64,000 nucleotides of DNA from Dipteris shenzhenensis (Eukaryota), in assembly GCA_047967505.1 (NCBI GenBank), contig CM106538.1. The stretch is one strand, 5' to 3'. The notes beneath the pieces were generated by a model. It worked only from the letters and a program-made list of their open reading frames with translations. It was not told the origin of the DNA and did no database searches. Positions 1-14,500 of the stretch are shown here, in pieces. Both the position numbers and the translations under genes were made by a program. How positions within the stretch are numbered: the first letter of the stretch is position 1; each line of letters begins with the position of its first letter.

Positions 1-203
<203 letters not shown>

Positions 204-269
204 TTACAGACAGCCAACATCAGAGAAAAGCTGTGAATGAGAAGATAAAACACTGAAACCGCCCTTTAA

Positions 270-420
270 AGACCTTTAGGGTTTCCGAGATTAGGGCTAG
301 GGCTGTCCCGGTTAGGGTTTGGCTCTCATTATAGTTTTCTTCTTTTTTTGGGCTGCCGTTGCACCTTTAAAGCGCTTTAAGGGCTCTCATTATAGTTTTC
401 CCCCATTAAGGTTGGGCTCT
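270..420 (-). promoter_or_regulatory. Telo-box (AAACCCTA) and site II-like (TGGGCY) promoter motifs upstream of the ubiquitin gene
   Basis: TAGGGTTT at ~277 and ~313; TGGGCT at ~349 and ~413. This combination is typical of plant translation-machinery promoters. Confidence 0.6.
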
Positions 421-779
421 CATTCTTTTTTGGCCTGCCAAGTCTCAAGCTGAAGCCTAATTGATGGTGAAGCGGAAGCCTAATTGATGGCGGCCTAGCT
501 TGAAGAAGCGAATCCAATCCTTTTTTAATCCCCCCAAATTTCCACGTGATCTCCACCTTTATCTCCCAGCTTACTATTTCACTCCCTACTTTTCCTCTCT
601 CAACTGTTGGTGGACTCCCAACTTACTATTTCACCCATAGGACATGCCATTTGAATGACAGAAGTGATTCAACTTGTTTGGGATGCACATAACAAGGTAT
701 CATGATCAACAGTGGAGAAACACTCCCAGGATCGGACAACAGGCACCAATTGAGTGTTTTTAAAATATACAGTAGATCT

Positions 780-850
780 GTGGATGGTATGGTGGTTAGA
801 GCTCTGCTTTGTGGGGTTGCAAGTCACAGGTTTGATACCTGGGCGTGAGT
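780..850 (+). pseudogene. Degenerate tRNA-like or SINE-head sequence
   Basis: A-box-like TGGTATGGTGG and B-box-like GGTTTGATACC at tRNA-like spacing; stems pair poorly. Confidence 0.3.
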
Positions 851-1699
851 AATAGACAAGATGAGGCTCTCCTAATGGCTTGAAAAATTAAATTCATTTA
901 TTAGATCTATCACACTCTCCTAATTTCTCAATTAACCTTTGCTCTAAACCTAAGCATCGCTCCGCCACTCTACCTCTTTCCTCGCCCCACTACTCAACCC
1001 TCCGCTCAGTGTCTCTCTCCCCTCAGCGCTCCTCTTCCTTCAGCCCTCCCTTCCTTCCTTTGTGCTTTTAGCCTTTCTAGCCCTCCCCTTTCCCTCACCC
1101 TCCCCTGCTCTCCCCCTCCTCTCTACCTGGGCTCTCCCTACACTTCCCTCCTCTCTTATATATTCGCGTTGTGGCGGTAGAACCTTCTCGAATAGCAAAT
1201 TCACTGAAATCTAGAGACTTTAATGTTTTTCCAACGCTTACCTTAATTTTTCCAATGCCCCCGCCTCCATGACTAATTAAACAAATTTATTTTTGAGAAT
1301 ATTAGGGGCCCCTATTTGATAGGCCAAATAATTAACCACTTAACCCCCCCTTGAAAACTTTGGCATTGTGTTCAACATCCCAAATTGGAATCTCGCAGGC
1401 CGTTGATCATGATAGTTGGATATGTCATCAAATGGTTACGAGGGAGTTTTGACCAAGTTCACATCACCCGACCGGAAAGTGGAGTACAAGTTCGTCATCC
1501 TACTTCGCCCAATAAGTGAGATGGGCCGGACATTTATACAAAAGGATTGTATCTGCCATATGAAGGACACCCACTAAGCCCCCACTATGGCAACTAAATT
1601 TTTTTTGCCAAGGAACTGCATTGAGAGGTGACTGAACCTATGCCACCAATCATACATTGTATATTTAAATGGCAACCTAGATTATAAAACAAAGAAGGT

Positions 1700-2487
1700 G
1701 AAGGGGGATCATGGCAAACACCAAAGGCAAACAAGGAGACCAAGCAAACCTCAATCTCAACACATGAGCAAGAAGAAAGCTTGTATTACTCAAAGGTAGC
1801 ATACAACAATGAAGACCAAATCAACCACTTGGCCTTTTATACAAGTCATCTTTTGAAGGGAGGGCCAACCCTATTCTTTGTACCTCTCTCTCTCTCTCTA
1901 AAATTCTCTCTCTCTAGGATGTTAGATATCAATGCTCCACTCTTGTGTAACTATGCGGGAACCAGCTAACTCTACTTGTGAGCCCCCCATATGAGGAGAA
2001 GGCATTTGAGTAGCTAGGTTATCCAGTAGGTCCTAGTTTGGACACCAGATGGGAGCCAAGTGTGGCCTGATGGCTAGATGGCTTCAGATAGAGTGGGCAC
2101 ACTACCAACTAGGCTACATGCAAGTGCGGGAAGGCATCCCATGACTAACCGCACTAAGGGTAGATGGAGCATTTCTCGAGGCAGCCCACTCTCAGGTTGC
2201 GGGACCCGTATGGGATCCCAAATGATCCCGGATGGCTCTGGGCCAAACGGAGGTCGTAGGTTGATTGCTCTATTCTGCGCCACAATTCTAATGAGTGGTC
2301 AGTGGCCTATTTCGGGACCAACCTCTAGGCGACCGGTTTGGGCTGACTGAGTCGGTCTCTCGACTGGGTCTAATCGACTACGACTAGTGGCTATATAAGA
2401 GCAAGCCCGTGAAGCCCATAATTATCACTAGCTATAGCAACCCTAATTCCTTAGCATCCAACCTCCGTCCCCTATTGTTTCCAACAT
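1700..2487 (-). repeat. LTR-like sequence related to the LTRs at 8522-9211 and ~15890-16364
   Basis: Shares the block AGCTTGTATT...CATACAACAATGAAGACCAAA...TTTTATACAAGTCA...GAAGGGAGGGCCAACC; boundaries approximate. Confidence 0.6.
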
Positions 2488-2689
2488 GCCATTGAAGCTT
2501 CTCACACAGGAGTGCATGGCTGGGAAGGTAGCACCATCTATTGTACCAGTTCTACAGTAAATCAAAATTTTGATTCTCCATACTATCAGCTTTTCTCTCT
2601 TGCATACAAGATCCTGTTATCTATTGAGCACAGACGTTGTATTGTTTTCTTACATAGGAGAGGGTCTATATTAGATTCCAGTCCACAAT

Positions 2690-3845
2690 ATTCCACGTCC
2701 ACCTAGATGCCTCAAACTTTGCCATTAGATGTGTGTCAGCCCAACTAGGGGAGTACAACTTGGACTACCCGATGTGGCATCATTTACTTGCTGGCTGGCA
2801 AAGTGAGGTTATTTACACTACAACAGAGAGGGAAGGCATGGCCATGGTTTATGCAGTTAAGAAGTTTAGGCATTACTTGCTAGCCAACAAGTTCATCTTT
2901 TTTGTTGATCATCAAGCACTACTATACTTGGTTTAACAAGCCCTGCATGACAGGATGCATAATAAGGTGGATGCTGATCCTCCTGGACTTCGACTTCACA
3001 GTCGCGGTGCATAAAGGAAAGGCCCATATCCTAGCCAACCACCTCTCGAGGATTCCCAACGGAGAAGCTCCAATGGGAGTTGAGGATGACCTCCCAAGTG
3101 CTCCCTTATTTCTCATGACGTAATGGGAAGTCGAAATAGGCCACTACTTGGCAAACGGGTTACCTGTAGATAAAGTCCTCAAGAGGGACAGAGCCTGCAT
3201 TTATTAAAGATGCAATGCCATACTAGCTAATTGGAGGCCAACTCTACTGCATGGGCAAGGATGGCATCATGCGCAGGTGCATGTGTGAACATGAATATGT
3301 AGATGTGCTCGAAAAAGCCCATTTTGGGATAGCAAGTAGTCATTTCGCCTCTAACATTATGGCATGTAAGGTGTTATAGGCAGGCTTTTGGTGGCCAAAT
3401 CTCTTCAGAGATGCAGCCAAGTTTATCAAGCAATGCGATCCCTGCCAAAGAGTGAAAACCCCACATAAAGTGGATATGATGCCCCTAACGGGAATACTAA
3501 CCGCGATCAACCTTTTGAGAAGTGGGGCATAGATTTTATTGGTCCTATAAGCCCAGCGGCTAAAGGAACAGGGGGAAGATACATTATCCTAGCCACAAAT
3601 TATTTCACCAAATGGGTGGAGGGCCGAGTCGCAAAAAAAGTGGATGCGCGGTCCATAGCTAAGTTTTTATATGAGCAAGTCATTACACGGTTCGGGTGTC
3701 CCTTGGAGCTAGTTAGCGATTGAGGAACTCATTTCCTCAATGAAACGATAGTGATCCTGACTAGCGAATTCATGATCACACATAGGAAATCGATACCATA
3801 CTATCCCAGAGCAAACGGCTTGGCCGAAATCACGAACGAGGTGCT
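2690..3845 (+). mobile_element. Degenerate Ty3/gypsy RNase H-integrase segment, inverted relative to the adjacent RT
   Basis: TTEREGMAMVYAVKKFRHYLL, VDHQALLYL, FEKWGIDFIGPI and YYPRANGLAE motifs with stops and frameshifts. Confidence 0.9.
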
Positions 3846-6800
3846 GTAGCCAGAGCTATCTTGAGGGCTTCGAAGGATCTCTAGTCCACTCAAAGACTAC
3901 TAACAACTTGTACAATGAACAGGATATGTCTGTGTAGAATAGGATGAATCTTCGATAGTAACCCATATGACCTGTAAACTATTGCACTCCCTTAGCGTTT
4001 GTGGGGGGAGGCAACTCTAGAATGAGATTGATCTTATTGTAATCCATGGAGATACCATTCTTGGTCACTATGTGACTGAGAATCACGTCGTGTTTGATCC
4101 AAAATTGACACTTGAGAGGATTTAGGGATATCTGATACAACCTGCACCTCTCAAGGACTAGCTTCAAGTATTTCAGATGATCATCCCATCTTGAATTCAC
4201 GCACAAGTCATCCAAGAATTTTTCTATGAAGTCCCTTAGGTACTCCTTGAAGGTGGTGATCATCAGCCATTAAAATGTGGCAAGTGCATTGGTGAGTCCA
4301 AATATCATCACTTTGGCCGCATACACACCCCACTCTATTACAAAGGTAGTTTTATGTTGATCTTCTTAGCCAATGGATACCTGGTTGTAACCCAAAAACC
4401 CATCTAGGAAGCTGTAAGCTTCCTTCCTAGCTACTCTTTCTAGAACATGCTCTGTGAAAGGAAATGGGTAATGGTTGTGCCTTATAGCGACATTGGCCTT
4501 TTTCAAGTCTACACATACTCAGATCTTTCCATTCTTCTTCAGGACTATCACAATGGGTGACACCCAGTCTATATGCTCTATCTCATAGATCAATCATGCA
4601 TCTATGAGTTTTTGGATCTCCTCCCTCACTATGAGCGCATATTTGGGATTCATAGGATAGGGACTCTGTTGCACTGGCTTGATGTCAACTATCATGGGTA
4701 TAGTGTGCTAGACAACTTCAGTGGGCACACCCATCATGTCTGTGTATTTCCAAGCCATGCAGTCCTAGTACTCTCAAAGGAGGGCAATTAAGGTATGCTC
4801 CTCGTTGGGTGTGAGGTCATCTGGTATGTATACCAATTGTGGTTCCGCCCCTACCGGTACCAGGTTCACTTACTTTGGCTAGGCCGTTGTATCCTTGGAA
4901 GCACCCTACTTCGTGGGTTCTCTTGGCCTACTGGTATAAGATTTTGTAGTCCTCTATTGTGTAGGCCTTATAATGAGAAGGTACCTGTCAAAAGGTCCTC
5001 CTTTTCTTCATCCTCCTCCTCTACCCCCTTTTGGGTGGCTTCCTTCTTATCCCTGGTGGAAACCTTCAGACTTTTGGAACTTTGGAGCTTCGGACCTGAA
5101 GGGAGCTCTTCCATGGTACTCATGGATCCAACTGGAGTGGTAGTTCTACTCAGTCGAGATCCCCAATTGGAGGAAAAATCATGGTGAGCAGTTGTGGCAC
5201 CCACATATGTTAGCCAATGGAGGTCTGATTTGACTGCTCCCCTGCTCACCTCGTGGGGTTTGAGCATGTTAAACATTCTGAGGGGCACCATCGTATTCAA
5301 CTGTTCACGCTCAGGGGTTGTTATTTGGAACCCTATTCTTTCTAGGACATCAATGTTTGCTAGAATGTGCATCCAGTTTTGAGAGACCTCTAGATTGGGG
5401 AGAGGGGCATACCAAAACTCATCTGCCTCCTTCCCGTCACATTCATAGTGTTGGATTCCATGGCAAATAGGTGGCCTGACAGTGGGTGGGACTTGTATAT
5501 GCGCAGGTCCACTTGCACGATTTTCTCCTCATGACATAAATAGATGTTGTCCGTGCGCCAATCATATACAAGTCCGGACATTTGGGCCTACTTAGGATGG
5601 CTTCATATCCAGGCTGCTAGGTGAAGTCCATAACCACAAATTGAACGGGGTACGTGAAGCCAAACACCTTAATATTAATACCCGTGAGAACTCCCAAGGG
5701 TTTAGTAGTTCCGTTGTTTGGCTAGCTTTACTATAACAGATGGGTTCGCTCGAGGGAAGTCTTTCCCCACATTTCCCAACATTCTTTGGTGCATACACTC
5801 ACACTAGCTCCCCCATCTATGACGACATCAACCTTTTGGTTTTGATAGGTTATGGGGATAGCTGCATTAGTGTCATCACCTTCGAAGTATTGGCCTAACT
5901 TATTGATGGGGACCTTAGGTAGGTTCCAACCCTTCTCCTATGGTTAGTTGTCTTTGGGGTTGGAACTTGGTAGGACCTTGGGCCAGGATTTGTCCATTCA
6001 TCCTGTTTGAGAGGTCTCGCCAGAGGGTAGGATTCCCCCTTAACAAGGATACAATTGGCATCTTGACCTCTATGGAGAGGAAGGCAACTAACCCAGCAAT
6101 ATCATGTGGTTTGTGAGAGATCTCTCTCCCCACCGATAGTGGCTCCTCAAAGCCGTAGAGGTCTTCCTCCTCTCTTAGGTTCTACAGCACTGGGTCCTCT
6201 TGAAACATCCGTTGCATCAAGTCCAGAACTTCTAAGTTACTGGAGCTAGGTGGTTCCTCTTCTTCCACTCTCTCTGACACCCTAAGTGCCTTTGGCCCCC
6301 TACGAGTAGTCAGCTGGCCAGGGAGGATGGTATCTGACCCTCTGTTGACCTTGAGCCTATGCTTGAATTTCTCTTGGCATACCCATACCAAGTTCTGAGC
6401 GTTTATTAAGTGTTGTTTCTCTAAGGTTGGGTATGGATATGCTCCCTTATAAGATGGTGGAGATGTGAGGTCTTGGGCCTACACTGGCTTGTTTACATCC
6501 ACATATGGGGGCATACTAGGATCGTCCTGGGAAGGGGCTCATTCGCATTTAGAGGCGGTGGCAAGGGTGGTTGTCTCCTCATCTGAATTGTCTTGGATAA
6601 GCACTTGATTCATTCCATCACCCACCCCGGTGAGCTTCTTGGACGGGTTTGTAGGGGCACTTAGGAATTTGAGACATGGGACTCCTGTCCTTCCTTGCCT
6701 GCTTCTTCATTTGCTTGCCTAGGGCCTTTGCATGCATCCTTGTGATGACCTTCAAGGGCACTGCCTCTACTTGGCCTTGTTCAATGCTTGTAAATTGATG

Positions 6801-6920
6801 CTAGTGCTCTTGAGTGGGGTGTTCGGAGTCGCTGGGCTCCTTAGGGGACAATCCTTGAATAAATGCTCCACTCCACATCCAACACACAAGGGCATGGGAC
6901 CCGTTGTGGGCGAGACCACA
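3846..6920 (-). mobile_element. Degenerate Ty3/gypsy gag end-protease-RT segment (same family as 8522-16364)
   Basis: RT FLDDLCV and LNPLKCQF (3979-4263); protease IDGGASV near 5800 and YDWR near 5560; nucleotide similarity to 12290-13430. Confidence 0.88.
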
Positions 6921-7276
6921 GGGGTAAGATACTACTACTACCACTAGTACATGCTTGTTATCATTAGTAATATTTTTTTTCAATAGTAATATAAATAACA
7001 ATACCAATGGTGTTATTTCCCACCTAATTTACTTTTACTATTAGCAATTTAATTGGAAATAAAAATATATTTCTCATTGATAAAAGACTGTGTGTCGGTA
7101 CTAATAGATACAATACTCATAGTATCAGCTTGTTTCAAGTTTTCCAAATTGAGAATGTTTATGTATGTTTATGATGATGTTCATGTTTCAAGTTTTCAAG
7201 TTTTCCAATTTGAAAATGTTTATTTGTGATTATGTTGATGTTCACGAAAAAAATGCACATGATTATGTGAATATGG

Positions 7277-7460
7277 TGTGGGGGTTAAAGGTCACTATGC
7301 CTTTACCCCGGTTATGTACAATACTCAAACACATATATAAATGAATGAAAAAGAAAATAGGGTGGTTCTGCACCCACCAAACTTGTGTGGCTCTCTGTCT
7401 CTCTCTCTCCTTCTTCCGTTCTTGCTTCCATTGAGAGCACTCTCAACTGGTATCAGAGCC
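7277..7460 (+). mobile_element. Ty1/copia 5' LTR (7277-7445) with tRNA-iMet PBS; internal region lost
   Basis: TG...CA termini, TGGTATCAGAGC at 7448, and reverse-complement similarity to the LTR at 16770-16939. Confidence 0.85.
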
Positions 7461-8521
7461 CGGGTGATCTAGCTGAGCGTGCGTGAATGCTTGGAAGCTC
7501 AGTAGCTCTGTGGGAGGAAGGAGAAGCTTTGTGGGAAGCTTTGTGGGTGACTTTACTTGCATCCGAGTGTGCAGAGACCTTGGAGAAATCTTTGGAAAAG
7601 TCACTTTGGCTTTGCGAAGCGGTTTTGAGAGCCTGTTAAGAGCTTTCAAAAAAAAAAAAAAGTCATTTATTACAAGCTATTCCCCATTTTGTCTAACTCT
7701 TTGCCCATTAGATCATCAGTGGGGAGATTAGTTTGTTTGAATCATTTGCCTTTGGCATTATCCAAATCCCCGAAACATCAATTACCAAGGTTCAACATTG
7801 GCCCCAACTTTGCTTTGAGCTATGTCCTCATGGTTTGGATTTCCCTTTGTGCTCATGGAACTGACATCATGTGTTGCCTTACCATAATGGAATTAGAGGG
7901 TTGTTATACTTGCAAAACAAATCATAGATCCTGGCGGCCTCATGCATGTGGTAGTATATGTCTTTGCCCATGTTGAGTCCCATGATCAACTCATGTGTGC
8001 CCTTTGGATCTTGAAGCCATGAGAGGGTGGCCAATGTTTCTAGCAATAAGGTCTAATGGTTTGCCACCACCTCTTCAATCTTGGTCTCCTTTTTTAGCCT
8101 TAGCTTGATCACTCGATTCCATGCTTACTTTATGTTGAATGATATGTATAAGGAAATGGAGAGATGACTTCACGCATTTGTGATCTACTATTTTCAAGTT
8201 GGTTCCTTTTCAGAATCATCTATCATTTGATCCTTGGTGGTGTAAAGGTCATGACCTTCAAGCTCTAATTCAATAGGCTTCTCATTTGGGGATGTCTACA
8301 CAGGGTCTACACACTTTTTCCCCCCAAAATCTGTAAATTGTCTCTGCTTAGCCCTACGTATCAATCAACTTTGCTACCCATGCCACTTGCTTCTCCTCCC
8401 TCTCTGCCTGCTCCTTCACTTCTCAACCTACTTGTGTGTTGTCTTATTTAGCATCTCGTTTCCTTGCTTCATCTACTACCTAGTTTTCTACTTCATTGGC
8501 AACTCACTTGTTTGATTTCCT

Positions 8522-11500
8522 TGTGTAGTCTCAACAGTGACTCACGTGTCGTAGGGCTCTTGAAGGAATGCCGATGGAGCCTCTAGTCCACACTAATCCT
8601 TGTGAGATCAATGCAAAGCATGAGCCATCCACAATTATCACTCAAGCAGCTCCCGAATTGTTGCAATGTGTTTCCATGAGAGAAAGAGGGAAAGGGGAGA
8701 TGGGAGAAGAGAGGGAGAGGGGGAGGAGAAGAGGAGAATGAAGGGGGATGGAGTGGCAAGCACAAAGGCACTATAATGAAACAAGAGAACACCCAAAGAA
8801 ACTCTTGAAAGAGAAGAGGGAGCTTGTATTCCAAACTTGTGCATACAACAATGAAGACCAAAGTCAAAAATTTCGCATTTTATACAAGTCACGTTTTGAA
8901 GGGAGGGCCAACCCTTTTCCTTATACCACTCTCTCTCGTCTCTCTTTTGTTATACAACCACTTGGGCCCATATGGCACCAAGGCACATGCTAATTCTCTC
9001 AACCTCCTCTTTGTCTTCAAGTGGCTCTTGTGTTATCCATATACGGGATCCAATGGCTCTTGTTATCCTTGCCACTTTGGATGATCCCGATGACTACCTC
9101 GGTTCTAAGCCATTTGAGGCTCAAAACCTGCATGACTAGATCGATCCTAAGCCATTTGCAGCTCAAAACCAATAGGGCTAGATCCATCAAGATGCACCAT
9201 GGATGTTGACATGCCCCCCTTCCTGTTGCTAAGCTACCGCCCTCCGATCAGTAGCATTGGAGTAGGTGAGTAGAGAGGATTGTCTATAGGACTACATAGC
9301 AGTCCAAGTGCCGGGGGGTGATCGGTGTGGAATAAGATTGGTACTTCCAGAAGTGGGTGGCATGCATGTCCTCGAATGTTCGAATGTGATGGCTATGGAG
9401 GTTGCGGACCCAAAGGTAGAGGCATAAGTCTTGGAATTGGGAGGGACCGGTGTCGAGGTTGAAGACAATCTGGTTGTTGAGGTTATGTAGTTTGTCGTTA
9501 ATGGGCTGAATGTGGACGGGGAGATCGCAAAGCAACAAAAGGATAAGGCAGTTAAAGTGTACTGCTACAACCACCGCAGGGTCGAGGATCGAGCCATAGG
9601 TATCCTTGAATGACTGGAGGCAAAAGAAAAATGCCTCCTGAGTCATTTCCTTAGGGAAGTTGTACTTTAGGAAATTGAAGATAAGATTGGGATCCTTTTA
9701 TGGAGATCCCAGAATTGAGCCTAGATCCATCCTCTTTCCATAAGCATGTAGAGGGGATGGATTCATTGCTCGAGGTGTGTGCTGCAATAGTAGCACCAAA
9801 ATTACTCCTTTTTCAAAAAGGGGATGCACCAACAAGGTTGAAGGCCGACGTCCGTGTCGGTGAGGAGAATGGGCATGTCAGCGGCTAAGTGGCAACCACC
9901 ATGTGTGTGCTTTGGGCGGGTTCTCCTCTAGTCATTGAACGGTTGTGTGATAAAATGAGTTTATCAAGATTAGGACTTTGAGCTACCTTTGTATGGGTTT
10001 CCTTTTGAGGATCGGACCAAGGTGCACTGCTTTTGGAGCTTTGGAATCGCCTTCATTTAAAATTTCCTTTCCTCTTGTGGGGCAGGTGGTTGTACTGTGG
10101 GGGTAGTGGAATGAACTTTACAGAGTAGGATTACTACAGTTCTCCCCCATATGTGAGAGTTGCAGTCTCCAGTCAATTTGATAGTTCATGGCATAGCACC
10201 AAGTCCTTCCCAATATCATTTGCTCGTTGATCATCTTTATGGGAAGAACATAAAAATGAATCTCTACCAATAATTAGTTTCAAGTCTACATACCCCAGTG
10301 TACTTAAGAGCTGACCGTTGATAAACTGAAGCAACAGTAAGGGCTAGGGATACTTGTAGTGCCTCCTATACTTCACGGGAGATGAAATTATGGCTCGCTC
10401 CTGGATCCACGAGTGCCTTGATGCTTGTACTTAGACCTTGTAATTGGACACTCAATCTAGCTGGATCGACTGCTAATTCATTGGTTGGCCCTAGGTGTTC
10501 TACTATTGCCTTAAACAAGGCCATTTGCTTTCGTTGTTTGATTTTGGCATTACATGCCTTAGCTTCTTCGATGGCTTGGCATTTCATCCGTCGGGCAACC
10601 TTGGCCTTGAGTTCATTTTCCCTATGTATGTCTTGGAGGATTGGTAGCTATTTGACATGCACCTTGTGAAGTAATCCCTACTATGTGGTTGAGACCCATG
10701 CCCCTATATTTAAGTTTGCACTTGGGGTTACGGATGCTATAAAGGAGTGCTAAGTCTCCCTCCTTGAGGTTTGTTCTTGAGGTTGCGGTCGAACCATTTT
10801 TTACACCTTGCCTTCACTCGAAGGAGGCAACAGGTTGCATGCAATCTCATTTCATCTAGTCGTTCAAGATCAATTAAGCGCTCCACCAAAGCATTTTTGG
10901 TGGCACTTTCCTTGACCGTGATGCGAAGGCTAGGTACTACATACTCCATTGGCATAACTTCTTCCACTAAACTAAAGGGGATGCAGTTCGTTGTGCCACT
11001 TTGTAAGATGTTCGATAGGCCCACAATGTTGCAATGAGCTTGTATTCCTAGTTGGTACGATTGGCTTTCACTGTACAAGTTATAATCTTGCAGGACATTT
11101 TGTTCAAGCTCTCAGCCTAGCTGTTTGCCCTTGGATAGTATGGTGTTGAATTCCTATGTATGATCATGAATTCTCTAGTCAGGATGGCTATGGTTTCATT
11201 GAGGAAATGAGTTCCTCGATTGCTAACTAATTCCAAGGGACACCCAAACCATGTAATGACTTGTTTGTATAAAAACCTAGTTGTGGATCATGCATCATAT
11301 TTTTTTATGGCTCACCCCTCCACCCATTTTGTGAAATAATATGTGGCTAGGATAACGTATTTGGCCCCTATTCCTTTAGCTGCTAGGTTTATCGGACCAA
11401 TAAAATATATGCCACATTTCTCAAAGGGCTGATCCGTTAATATTCCCATTAGGGACATCATGTCCACTTTATGTGGGACTTGTACTCTTTGGCAGGGATC

Positions 11501-14500
11501 GCATAGCTTGATAAAATTGGCTACATCTCTGAAGAGAGTTGGCCACTAGAGGCATGCCTATAATGCTTTACATGCTATAGCATTAGTGGGGGGAAGTGAC
11601 CACCTGCTATCTCGAAATGGGCTTCTTCGAGTATGTCGATATATTCGTGTTCGCACATGCACCTGCGCATGATGCCATCCTTGCCCATGCGGTAGAGTTG
11701 GGCTACAATTAGCTGATACAGTGCTGCATCCTTAATGAGTTTGTGGGCTCTGTCCTTCTTGAGGGCTTTGTGCAGGGGTAACCTGTTTGCCAAGTAGTGG
11801 CCAATTTTGGTTGCCCATTTCGGAATTATGTTAATGAGAAATAGGGGAGCATCTAGGAGGTCATCCTTGACTCCTATTGGAGCTTCCCCATTGGGAATCC
11901 TTGAGAGATGGTTAGCTAGGACGTGGTTCTTTCCTTTACGCACCGCGACTATGAAGCCAAACTCTATAAGGATTAGCATCCACCTTGTTATGTGTCTCGT
12001 CATTCAAGGCTTGTTAATTTAAGTATAGTAATGCTTGATTATCAATAAAAAAGACAAACCTGTTGGCTAGCAAGTAATGCTTGAACTTTTTAACTACATA
12101 GACCATGGCCAAGCCTTCCCTCTCTGGTGTAGTGTAATTAACCTCGGCATCACTTAATTGCCAGCTAGCAAAGTACACCAGGTAGTCCATGTTGTACTCC
12201 CTTGGTTGGGCTAACACACATCCGATGGCAAATTTTGACGTATCTATGTGGACGTGGAATATTAGATTTCAGTCCAAGGCCCACAATACCCGTGCTATGG
12301 CAAGAGCTACCTTGAGGGCTTCAAAGGATTTCTAACATTACTCGGTCCACTCAAAGACTACTAATAGCTTGTACAATGGCTAGGATATGTCTGTGTAAAA
12401 TAGGATGAACCTTTGTTAGTAACTCGTATGGCCTATAAACCGCTGCACTTCCTTGGCATTCGTGGGGGGGTAACTCTCGAATAAGCTTGATCTTGCTATA
12501 ATCCATGGAGATGCCATTCTTGGACACTATGTGACTGAGAATCATGCCGTGTTTGACCCAAAATTAACACTTGAAAGGATTTAGGGATTGGCATCTTGAC
12601 CTCTGTGAGAGGAGGGATGCTAACCTGGCAATATTGCAGTTCCTGAGAGGTCCCCCTCCCTACTGATAGTGGATCCTCAAGGCCGTAGAGGTTGCCTTCC
12701 TCTCTTAGGTTATGCAACAATGGGTCCTTTTGGAACATCCTTTGCATCAAGTCTAGAGCCTGTGAGTTACCGGAGCTACGTAGCTCCTCTTCTTCCACCC
12801 TCTGTAGTCAGGTGGTCTAGGTGGATGGTATCGGACCGTTTGTTGGCCTTGCGCCTATGCTCAAATTTCGCTTGGCATTCCTGTACCAAGTTCTAAGCAT
12901 CTATTAAGCATTGTTTCTCTAAGGCTAGGTCTAATATGTTCTCTTATAAGAAGGTGGAGATATGAGGCCTTGGGCTTGCACTGGCTTGTCTACATGCGGG
13001 TACGAGGGCATACTCAGATTGTCCTGAGAAGGGGCTCATTTAGAGGTAGAGGAGGTACTAAGAGTGGCTTCTCCTCATCTGAACCGTCTTGGATGAGCAC
13101 TTGGTTCATTCCTTTATGTGGCCACCCTAGTGACCTTCTTAGACCTAGCCGGCAAGGGTTGGGGTGCCTCGATATTTTGCGACATAGACGTTTTGTCCTT
13201 CCTTGCCTACTCTTCATTTCCTTACCTATGGCCCTGGCCTACATCCTTGTGATGACCTTCAAGGGCTCTGCCGCTACTTAACCTTGCTCAACAAATTGAT
13301 GCTAGCACTCTTGGGCGGGTTGGGCATAGTTGCTGGTCTCCTCAAGGGGCAATCCTTGAATAAATGCTCCACTCCGCACCAACGCACAAGGGCGTGGGAC
13401 CTATTGTGGGAGGAACCACCGAGGTAACATCCCTATATGGACAATCCTTTAAAAAATGCAGCCCTTGGCATTAAAAACATGGCACGGGAGGGTCCATCGT
13501 GCCCTTATACAGGCATTTTCTTGCCCTATGTGGACCTTGTCATGTATAGCATTGGATTGGGGCCCTTCATGCCAAAGAGGTAGGGGTGATTGCAGACCCA
13601 GTATGGGTGGTGATAATGGAGCTTGTTGTGCCCTATATTGCCTTGGATTGTCTAGAGGGACTTCTTGTGCATTCATCAGGTTGGGGGGGAACATCAAGGC
13701 TATTTGGGGCCTCAGCTGGTAGATCAATTGGGGAAGGACCTTTGGAAATCGGCTTTGGGAGGTGTCATGGTTTTCCCATCTATAGCAGTGTGCACAATAG
13801 AGGGCTTGCCTTGCCCTGAGGTAGGGGCACTCATTGGAGGGGTAATTGCAGTTGCATACCCCACACCAAACATTGTCCCTCCTGGGGAATCAGTGGAGTT
13901 ACTCAGTTTTTCCTTGGAAGTTCCTGACTTCCCACTGCTAGCCTAGGTGATTCGAAACATTAGAGGCCAACTCGCTCATATCTAAACCCTTAGGTTCTTT
14001 GTACTCCTTGTTGGTAGGCTCTATACTAGAAGACCTTACTGATTGTGATACCTTGGATGGAGTTGTAGTTTTGTCCTAGACAACCTTATCCATCATATTA
14101 TCACTTATACATATGGTTACTTTGCTGTAGAGTTCAAAGGAAGTGGGATTCATAACCATTAAGTGGTCATGTAGCTTTAGGTCTGCCAATCCGATGAGGA
14201 AGTGTGGCAACAGGCATTCGTCACTCATCCTCTCATGTGGTTCGTAGCGGGAATTCATGTGTTTGATCCTAGTGATGTAATCTCAGAGGGATTCCTTATC
14301 ATTCTATTTCACCTCATATAACTGATTAATCGGGCTCCACTTATGACCACTAGGGGTGAGCCCTACGATGAAGGCCTTCGTAATGCCTCCTAGTTGACCT
14401 TCTCCTCTAGACTAACGGCCCTGTACCATTGGCCTACCTTGCCATCCAAGCTGAGGCCAAATGCATTAACTATTTCTAGATCTCCGGTAGCACCAAATGC

